Below, piece by piece: positions 31,460 through 41,241 of a stretch of 64,000 nt of DNA; position 1 is the first letter of the stretch; the number at the start of each line of letters is the position of its first letter. The position numbers and the translations under genes are program-made. The stretch comes from Collinsella sp. Its GTDB lineage: Bacteria > Actinomycetota > Coriobacteriia > Coriobacteriales > Coriobacteriaceae. The stretch is from the NCBI GenBank assembly GCA_048489175.1, contig DBFOIV010000177.1, positions 15,973-79,972 on the forward strand, read 5' to 3'. Below the pieces are notes generated by a model. It did not search any database, had not been told where the DNA came from, and saw only the letters and a list, made by a program, of their open reading frames with translations.

Positions 31460-32797
31460 ATGCAGTTCGATCAGGTGACGGTTATCGGTGGCGGTCTGGC
31501 GGGTTCGGAATGCGCGATCCAGCTGGCAGACCGCGGGTTTGCCGTAAAGCTGTGCGAGATGCGCCCCCAGGTGAGCTCCCCGGCTCACCATACCGATCAC
31601 CTGGCAGAGCTCGTCTGCTCCAATTCGTTTAAGTCGACCCGTCCGGATTCCGCGGCTGGTTTGCTGAAGGCCGAGCTTGAGCGCATGGGTTCAGTCCTGC
31701 TCGACTGCGCCCATCGCGCTGCTGTTCCCGCTGGTGGCGCCCTGGCGGTCGACCGTGTTACATTCTCCGAGCTCGTCGAGGCTGAGGTTGCCGCCCGCCC
31801 CAATATCGAGGTCGTTCACGGCGAGGTCACCCAGATCCCCGAGGGCCACGTGGTCATTGCCGCGGGCCCGCTGTGTTCACCGGCGCTGAGCGAAGAGGTC
31901 ATGAAGCTCGTCGGTGGCGACGCCTTGGCATTCTTTGATGCGGCGGCGCCGATCGTCGATGCCTCCACGCTCGATATGGACGTGCTGTTTTCGCAGTCGC
32001 GCTACGAGGAGCAGGGGAGCGGCGACTATCTCAACGCTCCGCTCAACAAGGAGGAGTACGAGGCCTTTATCGAGGCGCTCACCACGGCCGACCGCGTGGT
32101 GCTCAAGGACTTTGAGGGCGGCGATCTGTTCCAGGCCTGCCAGCCTGCCGAGGAGGTTGCGCGCACCGGCAAGGACGCCATTCGCTTTGGCGCCATGAAG
32201 CCCGTCGGCCTCACCGACCCGCGTACCGGACGTCGCCCTTGGGCGGCGATTCAGCTGCGTGCCGAGAACAAGGAGAAGACCGCCTATAACCTGGTGGGCT
32301 TCCAGACCAACCTGACCTTTGGCGAGCAGAAGCGCGTCTTCCATATGGTGCCGGGCCTGGAGAACGCTGAGTTCTTCCGCTACGGTGTCATGCACCGCAA
32401 TACCTTTGTCGACGCCCCGCACGTGCTCGATGGCACCTTTGCCGTGCCCGGTACCGGCGTGCGCCTGGCCGGTCAGATCACCGGCACCGAGGGGTACATG
32501 GAAGCCGTGGCGACCGGTCTGCTCGCGGCGCTCAACACCTATGCAGAGGCTATCGGCGCCGATTCCGTCGAGTTGCCCCGCGTGGGCGCCCTGGGTGCGC
32601 TCGTGGGCTATGCGACCGATCCTGCCACCGTGGGCTATCAGCCCATGCATGTCAACTTTGGCCTGGTGCCGCCGCTCGAGGACGGTAAGCGCCGCAGCAA
32701 GCGCGACCGCTATCAGGCCTATGCGGACCGTGCGCTCGAGGCCCTCGATGCCTACTTGGCCACGCGTTCCGACTTGTTTGGAGGCGACCGGTCATAG
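31460..32797 (+). CDS. trmFO: tRNA (uracil-5-)-methyltransferase TrmFO (Gid)
   Basis: IGGGLAGSE, ELVCSNS, DAAAPIV, KPVGL, LVGFQT, YGVMHRNT and AGQITGTEGY. Confidence 0.96.
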   Translation: MQFDQVTVIGGGLAGSECAIQLADRGFAVKLCEMRPQVSSPAHHTDHLAELVCSNSFKSTRPDSAAGLLKAELERMGSVLLDCAHRAAVPAGGALAVDRVTFSELVEAEVAARPNIEVVHGEVTQIPEGHVVIAAGPLCSPALSEEVMKLVGGDALAFFDAAAPIVDASTLDMDVLFSQSRYEEQGSGDYLNAPLNKEEYEAFIEALTTADRVVLKDFEGGDLFQACQPAEEVARTGKDAIRFGAMKPVGLTDPRTGRRPWAAIQLRAENKEKTAYNLVGFQTNLTFGEQKRVFHMVPGLENAEFFRYGVMHRNTFVDAPHVLDGTFAVPGTGVRLAGQITGTEGYMEAVATGLLAALNTYAEAIGADSVELPRVGALGALVGYATDPATVGYQPMHVNFGLVPPLEDGKRRSKRDRYQAYADRALEALDAYLATRSDLFGGDRS

Positions 32798-33714
32798 CCT
32801 TTGACCTGTACGACACCGTCGACTCTTTTATCGCCTATATCGCACGCGTTGAGGGGCTTTCTCCCAACACGGTGACGGCCTATGGCTCGAGACTGGAGCG
32901 CTTTGCTGCCTGGTGCGAGCGCGAGGATATTGATGCTTTCGCTGCCGACGTGCGCACCATTCGTCGCTATCTTGCTGAGCTTTCGCGTGAGCAGGTGGCT
33001 CCCCGAACGCTTGCGGCGCACCTGTCGGCTATCCGATCTCTCTATCGCTGGATGGCTGCCGAGGGGATTGTCGAGGGCGATGCGGTCTCGGCGATCGCGT
33101 CGCCCAAGCTGCCGCGTGACCTGCCGGGCGTCCTTACGACCCAGCAGGTCGAGGCGCTGCTCAAGACGCCTGATACCTCAACACCCGCGGGACTGCGCGA
33201 TGCGGCGATGCTCGAGTTGCTCTATGCCTCGGGTGCCCGCATCTCAGAGCTTGCGGCGCTCAATGTGGAATCCATCTCATGGTCCGAGCGCACGCTGCGC
33301 CTGTGGGGCAAGGGGAGCAAGGAGCGTATCGTCCCTCTGTATCGTCGTGCGCTCGATGTGACGCGTCTCTATATTGAAGAGGGGAGGCCGGAGTTGCTCG
33401 CTCGGGCAAAGCGCCGCGACCTCGCTACCGGGCCGCATCCGCTGCTTATATCGGCGCGCGGCAATCGCATGAGCGCCGCGATGCTCCGGCGGCGGTTCCA
33501 TACGCTGGCGACGCTCGCCGGCATTCCGGCTGACATCGCCCCGCATGCGATGCGCCATACCTTTGCGACCGACTTGCTCGAGGGCGGTGCGGACCTGCGC
33601 TCGGTTCAAGAGCTGCTAGGTCATGCGAGCCTGTCCACGACGCAGATCTACACGCATCTCACACCCGATCGGCTTAAACGTGCCGTGGCTCAAGCCCATC
33701 CCCGCGGCGAATAG
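32794..33714 (+). CDS. xerC: Tyrosine recombinase XerC/D type (probable ATA start at 32794)
   Basis: SGARISE, GKGSKER, PHAMRHTFAT and LGHASLSTTQIY; in-frame N-terminal FIAYIARVEGLSPNTV lies upstream of the ORF-track start 32872. Confidence 0.88.
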   Translation: MAFDLYDTVDSFIAYIARVEGLSPNTVTAYGSRLERFAAWCEREDIDAFAADVRTIRRYLAELSREQVAPRTLAAHLSAIRSLYRWMAAEGIVEGDAVSAIASPKLPRDLPGVLTTQQVEALLKTPDTSTPAGLRDAAMLELLYASGARISELAALNVESISWSERTLRLWGKGSKERIVPLYRRALDVTRLYIEEGRPELLARAKRRDLATGPHPLLISARGNRMSAAMLRRRFHTLATLAGIPADIAPHAMRHTFATDLLEGGADLRSVQELLGHASLSTTQIYTHLTPDRLKRAVAQAHPRGE

Positions 33715-33763
33715 TGGCTGGGACGTCCCGCGCCGCACTCAGGTGTGTGGTTTTGATTGCGGG

Positions 33764-33792
33764 TTGGCAGGAAGAGGCATTCCTGCTATCAT
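33764..33792 (+). promoter_or_regulatory. rpsB promoter
   Basis: TTGGCA (33764-33769), 17 nt, TATCAT (33787-33792) with TG extended -10. Confidence 0.6.
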
Positions 33793-33825
33793 TCATCGGG
33801 TTGCTTCACGGCAACATGTTTTTAT

Positions 33826-33920
33826 CACGCACGCGCGGCTACTTCATACCGTGGTGCCCGGGCTTTGGTAGCACATGTCCGGGTTGGTTTTGGAGGATGA
33901 CCCCGCGCGGAGGCAAACCA
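33826..33920 (+). ncRNA. rpsB 5' leader (t44/S2-autoregulatory RNA-like)
   Basis: CACGCACGCGCGG...GGTGC...CCGCGCGGAGGCAAACC directly before the rpsB RBS; matched from memory of the family, not by covariance search. Confidence 0.5.
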
Positions 33921-33933
33921 CAGGAGGTTTAAC

Positions 33934-34662
33934 ATGGCTACCAAGATTAATATCCGCACCCTGCTCGAGGCCGGCTGCCACTTCGGTCACCAGACCCGTC
34001 GCTGGAACCCCAAGATGAAGCCGTTCATCTTCGGTGAGCGCAACGGCATCTACATCCTCGACCTCAAGCAGACCATCCTCGACGCCGACCAGGCCTACAC
34101 CTTCGTCAAGAACGTCGCCAAGGGTGGCAACGTGCTGTTCGTCGGCACCAAGAAGCAGGCTCAGGAGGCCGTCAAGAACGCTGCTGAGCGCGCCAACATG
34201 CCTTACATCAACCAGCGTTGGCTCGGCGGTATGCTGACCAACTTCGTCACCATCCGCTCCCGCATCAACCGCATGGAGGAGCTCGAGGCCATGGTCGAGG
34301 ACGGCCGCATGGCTGTTCTGCCTAAGAAGGAGCAGGCTGTTCTCGGCAAGGAGCTCACCAAGCTCCAGACCAACCTCGGTGGCGCCCGCGACATGAAGGG
34401 TCTGCCCCAGGCTCTCTTCGTCATCGACACCAAGCGCGAGGAGAACGCCATCAAGGAGGCTCAGCGCCTGAACATCCCCGTCGTCGCCCTGATCGACACC
34501 AACTCCGATCCCGACGAGGTCGAGTACGGCATCCCCTGCAACGATGACGCTATCTCCGCTGTCACCCTTATGTGCGAGCTCATGGCTGACGCCTGCCTCG
34601 CTGGCTCTGGTAAGGAGCAGGTCTCCGAGGCCGAGATGGCCGCTGAGCCCAAGGCCGAGTAA
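33934..34662 (+). CDS. rpsB: 30S ribosomal protein S2
   Basis: [19 protein letters not shown] and [10 protein letters not shown]. Confidence 0.99.
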   Translation: MATKINIRTLLEAGCHFGHQTRRWNPKMKPFIFGERNGIYILDLKQTILDADQAYTFVKNVAKGGNVLFVGTKKQAQEAVKNAAERANMPYINQRWLGGMLTNFVTIRSRINRMEELEAMVEDGRMAVLPKKEQAVLGKELTKLQTNLGGARDMKGLPQALFVIDTKREENAIKEAQRLNIPVVALIDTNSDPDEVEYGIPCNDDAISAVTLMCELMADACLAGSGKEQVSEAEMAAEPKAE

Positions 34663-34707
34663 ATCAGTCTTAGTTAATTCTTTTTCATCTCTTTGAAAGG
34701 AACCACA

Positions 34708-35577
34708 ATGGCCCAGATTACCGCCGCTATGGTCAAGCAGCTCCGCGAGATGACCGACTCCCCGATGATGGAGTGCAAGAAGGCTCTCGTCGAGGCTGAC
34801 GGCGACATGGACGCCGCTGTCGACGTTCTGCGTAAGAACGGCCTTGCCAAGGCTGCCAAGAAGGCTGGCCGTGAGACCAACGAGGGCGCTGTCGCCGCGT
34901 TCGTCTCCGAGGATGGCAAGACCGGCGCTCTGCTCGAGCTCTCCTGCGAGACCGACTTCGTTGGCTCTAACGCCAAGTTCACCGGCTTTGCTTCCAAGGT
35001 CGCTGAGGTTGTCGCTACCACCGAGCCTGCTGACGTCGACGCTCTGCTCGAGAAGCCGATGGGCGAGGAGACCGTTTCCTCCGAGCTCACCGAGATGATT
35101 CACATCATGGGCGAGAACATGAAGATCTCCCGCTTCGCTGCCCGCAAGGCTGAGAACGGCGCGCTCGCTTCTTACATCCACATGGGTGGTAAGATCGGCG
35201 TCCTCGTCGAGTTCGCCTTCGAGAAGGCTGAGACCGCTCAGGCTGAATCCTTCAAGACCTTCGCTCACGACGTTGCCCTTCAGGTTGCCGCCGTCGCCCC
35301 GATCTGCGCTACCCGCGATCAGGTTCCGGCCGAGACCGTCGAGCACGAGAAGCAGATCTACATGGCTCAGGCTGCCGAGTCCGGTAAGCCCGAGGCTATC
35401 CAGGAGAAGATGGCTGTCGGCCGTCTGGAGAAGTTCTACAAGCAGTCCGTGCTCACCGAGCAGGAGTTCATCAAGGACAGCTCCCTCACCATCAAGAAGT
35501 ACGCTGAGCAGGTCTCCAAGGAGCTCGGCGACACCATTACCGTCGTTGCCTTTGACCGTCTGGTCCGTGGCGAGTAA
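34708..35577 (+). CDS. tsf: Elongation factor Ts
   Basis: ITAAMVKQLREMT..PMMECKKAL and ETDFV. Confidence 0.98.
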   Translation: MAQITAAMVKQLREMTDSPMMECKKALVEADGDMDAAVDVLRKNGLAKAAKKAGRETNEGAVAAFVSEDGKTGALLELSCETDFVGSNAKFTGFASKVAEVVATTEPADVDALLEKPMGEETVSSELTEMIHIMGENMKISRFAARKAENGALASYIHMGGKIGVLVEFAFEKAETAQAESFKTFAHDVALQVAAVAPICATRDQVPAETVEHEKQIYMAQAAESGKPEAIQEKMAVGRLEKFYKQSVLTEQEFIKDSSLTIKKYAEQVSKELGDTITVVAFDRLVRGE

Positions 35578-35600
35578 ATAAGCTCTTGTAGCTGGTAATG

Positions 35601-35636
35601 AGCAGGCTGTGGGTTTTACTCACAGCCTGCTTTTTC
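35601..35636 (+). terminator. Intrinsic terminator after tsf
   Basis: AGCAGGCTGTGGG...CTCACAGCCTGCT then TTTT. Confidence 0.8.
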
Positions 35637-35694
35637 ATGGCTCTTATCAGAGCCTTTGATATCATATTGAGAGTCTAATTAAAGGAGGATCGCT

Positions 35695-36417
35695 TTGTCC
35701 GACATCCGATATAAACGCGTGCTTCTTAAGCTTTCCGGCGAAGCACTGATGGGCGACGGCCAATATGGCATCGACCCCAAGGTTACCGACCATCTTGCCA
35801 AGCAGGTCAAGGAGCTGCTCGCCGCTGGCCATGAGGTCGGCGTCGTTGTCGGCGGCGGTAATATTTTCCGCGGCATGGCAGGCGCTGCCGGTGGCATGGA
35901 GCGTGCTCAGGCCGACTACATGGGCATGCTGGCAACCGTTATGAACGCGCTCGCCCTGCAGGATGCCTTCGAGCATAACGATGTTCCCTGCCGCGTTATG
36001 AGCGCTATCCAGATGAACGAGATCTGCGAGCCCTATATTCGCCGTCGCGCCATCAACCACCTTTCCAAGGGCAACGTCGTTATTTTTGCCGCCGGTTCGG
36101 GTAATCCGTACTTTACGACCGACACCGCCGCGGCTCTTCGTGCGTGCGAGATCGGCGCCGAGATTCTGATTAAAGCCACCAAGGTTGACGGCATCTACGA
36201 TAAGGATCCCGTCAAGTGCGCCGATGCCGTCCGTTTTGACAAGATTACCTATCACGAGGTTCTCGTCCGCGGTCTGCAGGTTATGGATTCCACGGCTACG
36301 GCACTGTGCCAGGACAACCGTATGCCGATTTTGGTCCTCAACATCGATGGCGAGGACACCGTCAAGCGCGCGCTCGCGGGTGAGCCCGTCGGCACGCTCG
36401 TCTATCAGGAGGATTAA
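35695..36417 (+). CDS. pyrH: UMP kinase
   Basis: [29 protein letters not shown] and NPYFTTD. Confidence 0.98.
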   Translation: MSDIRYKRVLLKLSGEALMGDGQYGIDPKVTDHLAKQVKELLAAGHEVGVVVGGGNIFRGMAGAAGGMERAQADYMGMLATVMNALALQDAFEHNDVPCRVMSAIQMNEICEPYIRRRAINHLSKGNVVIFAAGSGNPYFTTDTAAALRACEIGAEILIKATKVDGIYDKDPVKCADAVRFDKITYHEVLVRGLQVMDSTATALCQDNRMPILVLNIDGEDTVKRALAGEPVGTLVYQED

Positions 36418-36419
36418 GC

Positions 36420-36956
36420 ATGGCAGAGAACATCACCGCCCATATGGACAAGTCGCTCGAGTCCCTCAAGCATAACTTCTCCAAGGTCCGTACCGGCCGC
36501 GCCAATGCCAACATTCTGTCCGACATCACCGTCGATTATTACGGTGTTCCCACGCCGGTCACGCAGGTTGCCGCCGTCAAGACCCCCGAGGCCCACATGC
36601 TGCTCATCGAGCCGTGGGACAAGGCACTCATCAATGCTATCGTCAAGGCCATCGGCGCTTCCGATCTGGGTATTACCCCCAACTCCGATGGCACCGTCGT
36701 TCGTCTTCCGTTCCCGGCTCCCACTGAGGAGCGCCGTCGCGAGCTCGTCAAGGAGTGCCGCGAGTACGCCGAGCAGGCCAAGGTGTCTATCCGTAACATC
36801 CGTCGCGACTTCAACAACAAGCTCGAGCGCGATGAGGAGCTCACCGAGGACGATGTCCGTCGCGAGCAGGCCAAGGTCCAGAAGCACACTGATGAGTATG
36901 TCGCCAAGGTCGAGGAGCTTCTGAAGGAAAAAGAAGCCGAGGTCATGGAGATCTAA
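36420..36956 (+). CDS. frr: Ribosome recycling factor
   Basis: RTGRAN, PTEERRRELVK and IRNIRRD. Confidence 0.97.
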   Translation: MAENITAHMDKSLESLKHNFSKVRTGRANANILSDITVDYYGVPTPVTQVAAVKTPEAHMLLIEPWDKALINAIVKAIGASDLGITPNSDGTVVRLPFPAPTEERRRELVKECREYAEQAKVSIRNIRRDFNNKLERDEELTEDDVRREQAKVQKHTDEYVAKVEELLKEKEAEVMEI

Positions 36957-36957
36957 G

Positions 36958-37752
36958 GTGCAATACGACGAGCATAAACTGGTCGAGTACTTTGCCGACG
37001 CCCCTGCGGGCGTCGGTTTTTCCGACCTTGATCTCAATAACATTCCGCACCATATCTCGTGCATCATGGACGGCAACGGTCGTTGGGCCACGTCGCGCGG
37101 TCTCGCACGCACCGAGGGCCACAAGGCGGGTATCGTCTCCCTTCGTGAGATTATTACCGCCTGCGTGCGTCTGGGCGTCGACGTGCTTTCGGCCTATGCG
37201 TTTTCTACCGAAAACTGGAACCGCCCGCAGCATGAGGTCAACGTCTTGATGCATCTGTTTGCCAAGACGTTCATTGACGAGCTGCCGCTTCTAAAGCGCG
37301 AAAATGTGCGCGTTGTCTTTTTGGGTGATATTTCCGCGCTGCCCAAGAAGACCCGCGACGTTTTTGAACGCGGTCTTGCCGAGTGCGCCGATCACACCGG
37401 TATGACGCTGGCGCTTGCCGTCAACTACGGCGCGCGTGCCGAGATTACTCGCGCTGTCCGTCAGATCGCACTCGACGTTGCCGCCGGTAAGATCGACCCT
37501 GCCGCAATTGATGACGACATGGTGGCTTCTCACCTTTATACCGCCGGTCTTCCCGATCCTGAGCTTGTGATTCGCACCTCTGGTGAGCTGCGCCTTTCGA
37601 ACTATCTGCTGTGGCAGGTGGCTTATTCCGAGTTCTACGTCACCGATACCTATTGGCCTGACTTTGATCGTTGGGGCCTTGTCGACGCCATTTTGGCCTA
37701 TCAGGGCCGTGACCGTCGGTTTGGTGGACTGAGCAAGACCGAGGAGGCTTAA
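36958..37752 (+). CDS. uppS: Polyprenyl (undecaprenyl) diphosphate synthase
   Basis: IMDGNGRWA, YAFSTENWNRP and IRTSGELRLSNYLLWQ. Confidence 0.96.
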   Translation: MQYDEHKLVEYFADAPAGVGFSDLDLNNIPHHISCIMDGNGRWATSRGLARTEGHKAGIVSLREIITACVRLGVDVLSAYAFSTENWNRPQHEVNVLMHLFAKTFIDELPLLKRENVRVVFLGDISALPKKTRDVFERGLAECADHTGMTLALAVNYGARAEITRAVRQIALDVAAGKIDPAAIDDDMVASHLYTAGLPDPELVIRTSGELRLSNYLLWQVAYSEFYVTDTYWPDFDRWGLVDAILAYQGRDRRFGGLSKTEEA

Positions 37753-37754
37753 TC

Positions 37755-38654
37755 GTGTCCGATCGTCCCAAGGCATCTGCTCCCAAGACGCCTGCGCGTA
37801 AAGCTGCCACTGCGGGAGCGCCTGCAGCGAAGAACGGCACCGGTTCGTGGCTGGCGGGCTTTATTACCCGTGCCGCCGCTGGTATCGTCTACGCCGTTGT
37901 CTTTATCCTGTGCCTGGTTTTGGGTATTGTGCCCACGGCCATCTTTGTTTCTGTCATGAGCGGTCTGTGCTGCTATGAGTTTTTCCGTATGACGAGGCTC
38001 GATGGCAAGATGGCTAACGAGCGCATGGGTATCGCTGCCGCCGTACTCTTTCCGCTGTCGGCGTTGGGCGATTCGATGTTGCTGAATGCCCTGCTTTTTG
38101 CCCTGATGCTCGCTGTGGGCATTTGGTATGTTTGGTCGCCGCGTACCCGCATCTCTGATGTGGCCGTGACGCTCATGGGTCCCATCTACACTGGCTTTAT
38201 GCTGTCGGCTATCGTGCTGCTGCGCGATGCCGTGCCCGGTTTTGCCGGCGCCCTGCTTTCGGTGGGCGTTTGCGCGTCCCTTTGGGTCTCCGATTCGTTT
38301 GCCTACATCGTGGGTAGCCGTATCGGCAAGCACAAGATGGTTCCCAAGATCTCTCCCAAAAAGAGCTGGGAGGGGTTTGTCGGCGGCATCCTGGGCTCGG
38401 TTTTGATTTGGCTCATCCTGTGGGCGACGCACTTCTACAAGCTCAGCCTGCCCTATGCGCTGCTGTGCGGCGTGGTCGTGTCCGTCCTGGGCGTTATCGG
38501 AGACCTCATCGAGTCGCGCATCAAGCGCGGTGTGGGCGTTAAGGATTCCGGTAACCTTATCCCGGGCCACGGCGGCATGCTCGATCGTAGCGATTCGCTT
38601 ATCTTTGGCTGCATTACCGCGCATCTGCTTTTGATGATCGGAGGCGTGCTGTAA
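37755..38654 (+). CDS. cdsA: Phosphatidate cytidylyltransferase
   Basis: SDSFAY, ISPKKSWEG and GDLIESRIKR..GVKDSG..IPGHGGMLDR.D. Confidence 0.95.
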   Translation: MSDRPKASAPKTPARKAATAGAPAAKNGTGSWLAGFITRAAAGIVYAVVFILCLVLGIVPTAIFVSVMSGLCCYEFFRMTRLDGKMANERMGIAAAVLFPLSALGDSMLLNALLFALMLAVGIWYVWSPRTRISDVAVTLMGPIYTGFMLSAIVLLRDAVPGFAGALLSVGVCASLWVSDSFAYIVGSRIGKHKMVPKISPKKSWEGFVGGILGSVLIWLILWATHFYKLSLPYALLCGVVVSVLGVIGDLIESRIKRGVGVKDSGNLIPGHGGMLDRSDSLIFGCITAHLLLMIGGVL

Positions 38655-39841
38655 TGTCCTTCCAGACGACGTATGGCCCCGATGGACGTCTCCGTGTTGC
38701 CATCCTGGGTTGTACGGGCTCTATCGGCACCCAGGCGCTCGATGTGTGCCGCCAGCATGCCGATCGCCTGCAGGTGACGGCGCTGTCCGTTAACTCCAGT
38801 ACCTCCGAGCTTGTTGCCGCTGCCCGCGAGTTCTCGGTTCCGGCGGTTGCCGTGGCCGATGTCGCTCATGGCGATGACGCCGTGCTGCAGGAGTTGCCCG
38901 AGGGAACGAAGCTCGGCGTTGGCGCGCAGGCGGTTTGCGAGCTCGCGCGTCGCGACGATGTCGACTGCGTGCTCGTCGCTATTGTGGGCGCCGCCGGTCT
39001 CGAGGCGAGCCATGCGGCCTTGACCTCGAATAAGCGTCTTGCCCTTGCCAACAAGGAGTCCCTCGTCGTCGGCGGCGACTTGCTTATGCCGTTGGCGCAA
39101 CCGGGCCAGCTTATTCCAGTCGACTCTGAGCACTCCGCCATCTACCAGTGCTATCTGGGGGAGAACCCACGCGAGGCTCATTGTATTTGGCTCACCTGCT
39201 CGGGCGGTCCGTTCTTTGGCCGCACCCGCGACGAGCTCGACCGCGTGACGCGTGCCGATGCCCTCGCACATCCCACGTGGGCCATGGGTGCCAAGATCAC
39301 CATCGACTCCGCCACCCTCATGAACAAGGGCCTGGAGCGCATTGAGGCCATGCATCTGTTTAACTGCGACCTCGATTTCATTAACGTGGTCGTGCAGCGT
39401 CAGTCCAAGATTCACTCTATGGTCGAGTTCGCCGACGGCTCCGTGATGGCGCATCTCGGTGCTTCCGACATGCGTATTCCCATCCAGTTCGCGTTCTCGT
39501 ATCCCGAGCGTTGGGATACCCCGGCGCCTCGTATCGATTTCCGCGAGCTGGGGCAGCTCACGTTTGATGCTGCCGACATGGATACCTTCCGCTGTCTGGC
39601 ACTGGCCGAACGTGCCGGCAAGACGGGTGGCACCATGCCGTGCGTGCTCAATGCCGCCAACGAGGTCGCCGTCGATGCCTTCCTGCACGATGGCTGCAGC
39701 TTTACCGATATCGATCGCATTGTGGAATCCTGCATGGATTCTCACGATATGCAGGCGGTCGATTCGTTTGAGCAGCTTCGCGACATCGATGCATGGGCGC
39801 GTGAAAAGGCTGCGCAGGTGCTCGCCGCAACCCGTTCCTAA
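38654..39841 (+). CDS. dxr: 1-deoxy-D-xylulose-5-phosphate reductoisomerase
   Basis: LGCTGSIG, LANKE, PVDSEH, HPTW.MG.KITIDSAT and NAANE. Confidence 0.97.
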   Translation: MSFQTTYGPDGRLRVAILGCTGSIGTQALDVCRQHADRLQVTALSVNSSTSELVAAAREFSVPAVAVADVAHGDDAVLQELPEGTKLGVGAQAVCELARRDDVDCVLVAIVGAAGLEASHAALTSNKRLALANKESLVVGGDLLMPLAQPGQLIPVDSEHSAIYQCYLGENPREAHCIWLTCSGGPFFGRTRDELDRVTRADALAHPTWAMGAKITIDSATLMNKGLERIEAMHLFNCDLDFINVVVQRQSKIHSMVEFADGSVMAHLGASDMRIPIQFAFSYPERWDTPAPRIDFRELGQLTFDAADMDTFRCLALAERAGKTGGTMPCVLNAANEVAVDAFLHDGCSFTDIDRIVESCMDSHDMQAVDSFEQLRDIDAWAREKAAQVLAATRS

Positions 39842-39866
39842 CCCATAAGGATTGCTTTTTCGTTTT

Positions 39867-41228
39867 ATGGATACTGTTCTGAGCGTTCTCTCATCGGTCT
39901 TTTGGGGCCTGCTGATGCTTTCCGTCCTTGTGTTTTTGCACGAGGGCGGCCACTTTTTGGCGGCGCGTGCCTGCGGCGTCCGTGTGACCGAGTTCTTTTT
40001 GGGCCTGCCGTGTCGCTTTGACATCCATTACACGTCACGTCGCATTGGAACCAAGTTTGGTGTGACCCCGCTGCTGCTGGGTGGCTACGCTGCCATCTGC
40101 GGTATGGATCCGACCGACGTCTCGTGCGCCGATCGCGTGCTCGCGGCTATCTATCGTCATGGTCGCGTGACCGTGGCCGACCTTGCCGCCGAGCTCGAGC
40201 TATCCGAGGAGGTTGTGCTCAAGGCATGCGCCTTGCTCTTGGGTTGGGGCTCTATCGCGCCTTGGTATGAGGAAGGGGAGAAGCCCTCGCCGAGCTACTA
40301 TCCCACCAAGTATCAGACGCTGCCACGAGACGCGGCGGGTTACACCACCTTTGACGGCCGCCGTTTCGATCGAGAGCATGCGACTACCGAGGGCGATGTG
40401 TGGGAGCTGCCGTGCGGCGAAGCCGAGTTCCTTGCGCAAGAGCGTTCGCATACCTATCTGGGCCAGGGTTTTCTCAAGCGCGCCTTTATGCTGCTCGCGG
40501 GCATTCTCGTCAATATCCTGACGGGCTTTTTGCTGCTTATGAGCATCTACTCTATTGCGGGTGTCACCGTGCCGATGGATACCAACGTGATCGGTCAGGT
40601 TGACGAGGGGTCTATTGCCGCCAAGGCGGGTATCGAGGGCGGCGACGCGATCCTTTCGGTTGACGGAGTATCGTGCTCTACCTGGATGGATGTTTACGAT
40701 GCCATCGGCAAGGCCGCCGGTAAGGACGATATCGCCATTGAGTATGAGCGCGACGGCAAGCAGCATTCGACCTCGGTTGCGCTCAAAGAGGACGAGCGCC
40801 TAGGTGTGTATGCCTCTACGCAGGTGGTCCGTTTAGACCCCATCACGTCGGCTCGCCTTTCGTTCTCCTATGTCGTGCAGACAGCGGAGGGCGTGATGCG
40901 CCTGCTCCAGCCGCAGCATACGATGGAGATTCTCGATCAGTCTTCTTCGATCGTGGGCATTAGCGTTATGTCCTCACAGGCTGCTGCTGCCGGCCCTGCC
41001 ACGTTCCTTTCGTTTGCCGCCCTCATTTCGTTCTCGCTTGGCTTTATGAACCTGCTGCCCATCCCACCACTCGATGGCGGCAAGCTGGTCATCGAGATCA
41101 TTCAAAAGATTGCTGGCCGCGAGCTTCCGCTCAAGGTCCAGACGATTGTGAGCTATGTGGGCATCGCGCTCTTTGCGCTGCTGTTTGTCTATATGCTTCG
41201 TTCCGACGTCCTTCGATTTATCCTGTAG
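39867..41228 (+). CDS. rseP: Site-2 protease RseP (M50, one PDZ) with a large internal insertion
   Basis: HEGGH, LGGY, PDZ (AAKAGIEGGDAILSVDG) and NLLPIPPLDGG; dxr-rseP-ispG synteny. Confidence 0.92.
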   Translation: MDTVLSVLSSVFWGLLMLSVLVFLHEGGHFLAARACGVRVTEFFLGLPCRFDIHYTSRRIGTKFGVTPLLLGGYAAICGMDPTDVSCADRVLAAIYRHGRVTVADLAAELELSEEVVLKACALLLGWGSIAPWYEEGEKPSPSYYPTKYQTLPRDAAGYTTFDGRRFDREHATTEGDVWELPCGEAEFLAQERSHTYLGQGFLKRAFMLLAGILVNILTGFLLLMSIYSIAGVTVPMDTNVIGQVDEGSIAAKAGIEGGDAILSVDGVSCSTWMDVYDAIGKAAGKDDIAIEYERDGKQHSTSVALKEDERLGVYASTQVVRLDPITSARLSFSYVVQTAEGVMRLLQPQHTMEILDQSSSIVGISVMSSQAAAAGPATFLSFAALISFSLGFMNLLPIPPLDGGKLVIEIIQKIAGRELPLKVQTIVSYVGIALFALLFVYMLRSDVLRFIL

Positions 41229-41241
41229 GGGAGTGTTTGGA

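Noticed and set aside
32794..33714. The tyrosine recombinase as a prophage or island integrase
   Set aside because: Its size, motifs and dprA-trmFO-xerC-rpsB context fit housekeeping Xer; there are no att repeats, tRNA or cargo genes.
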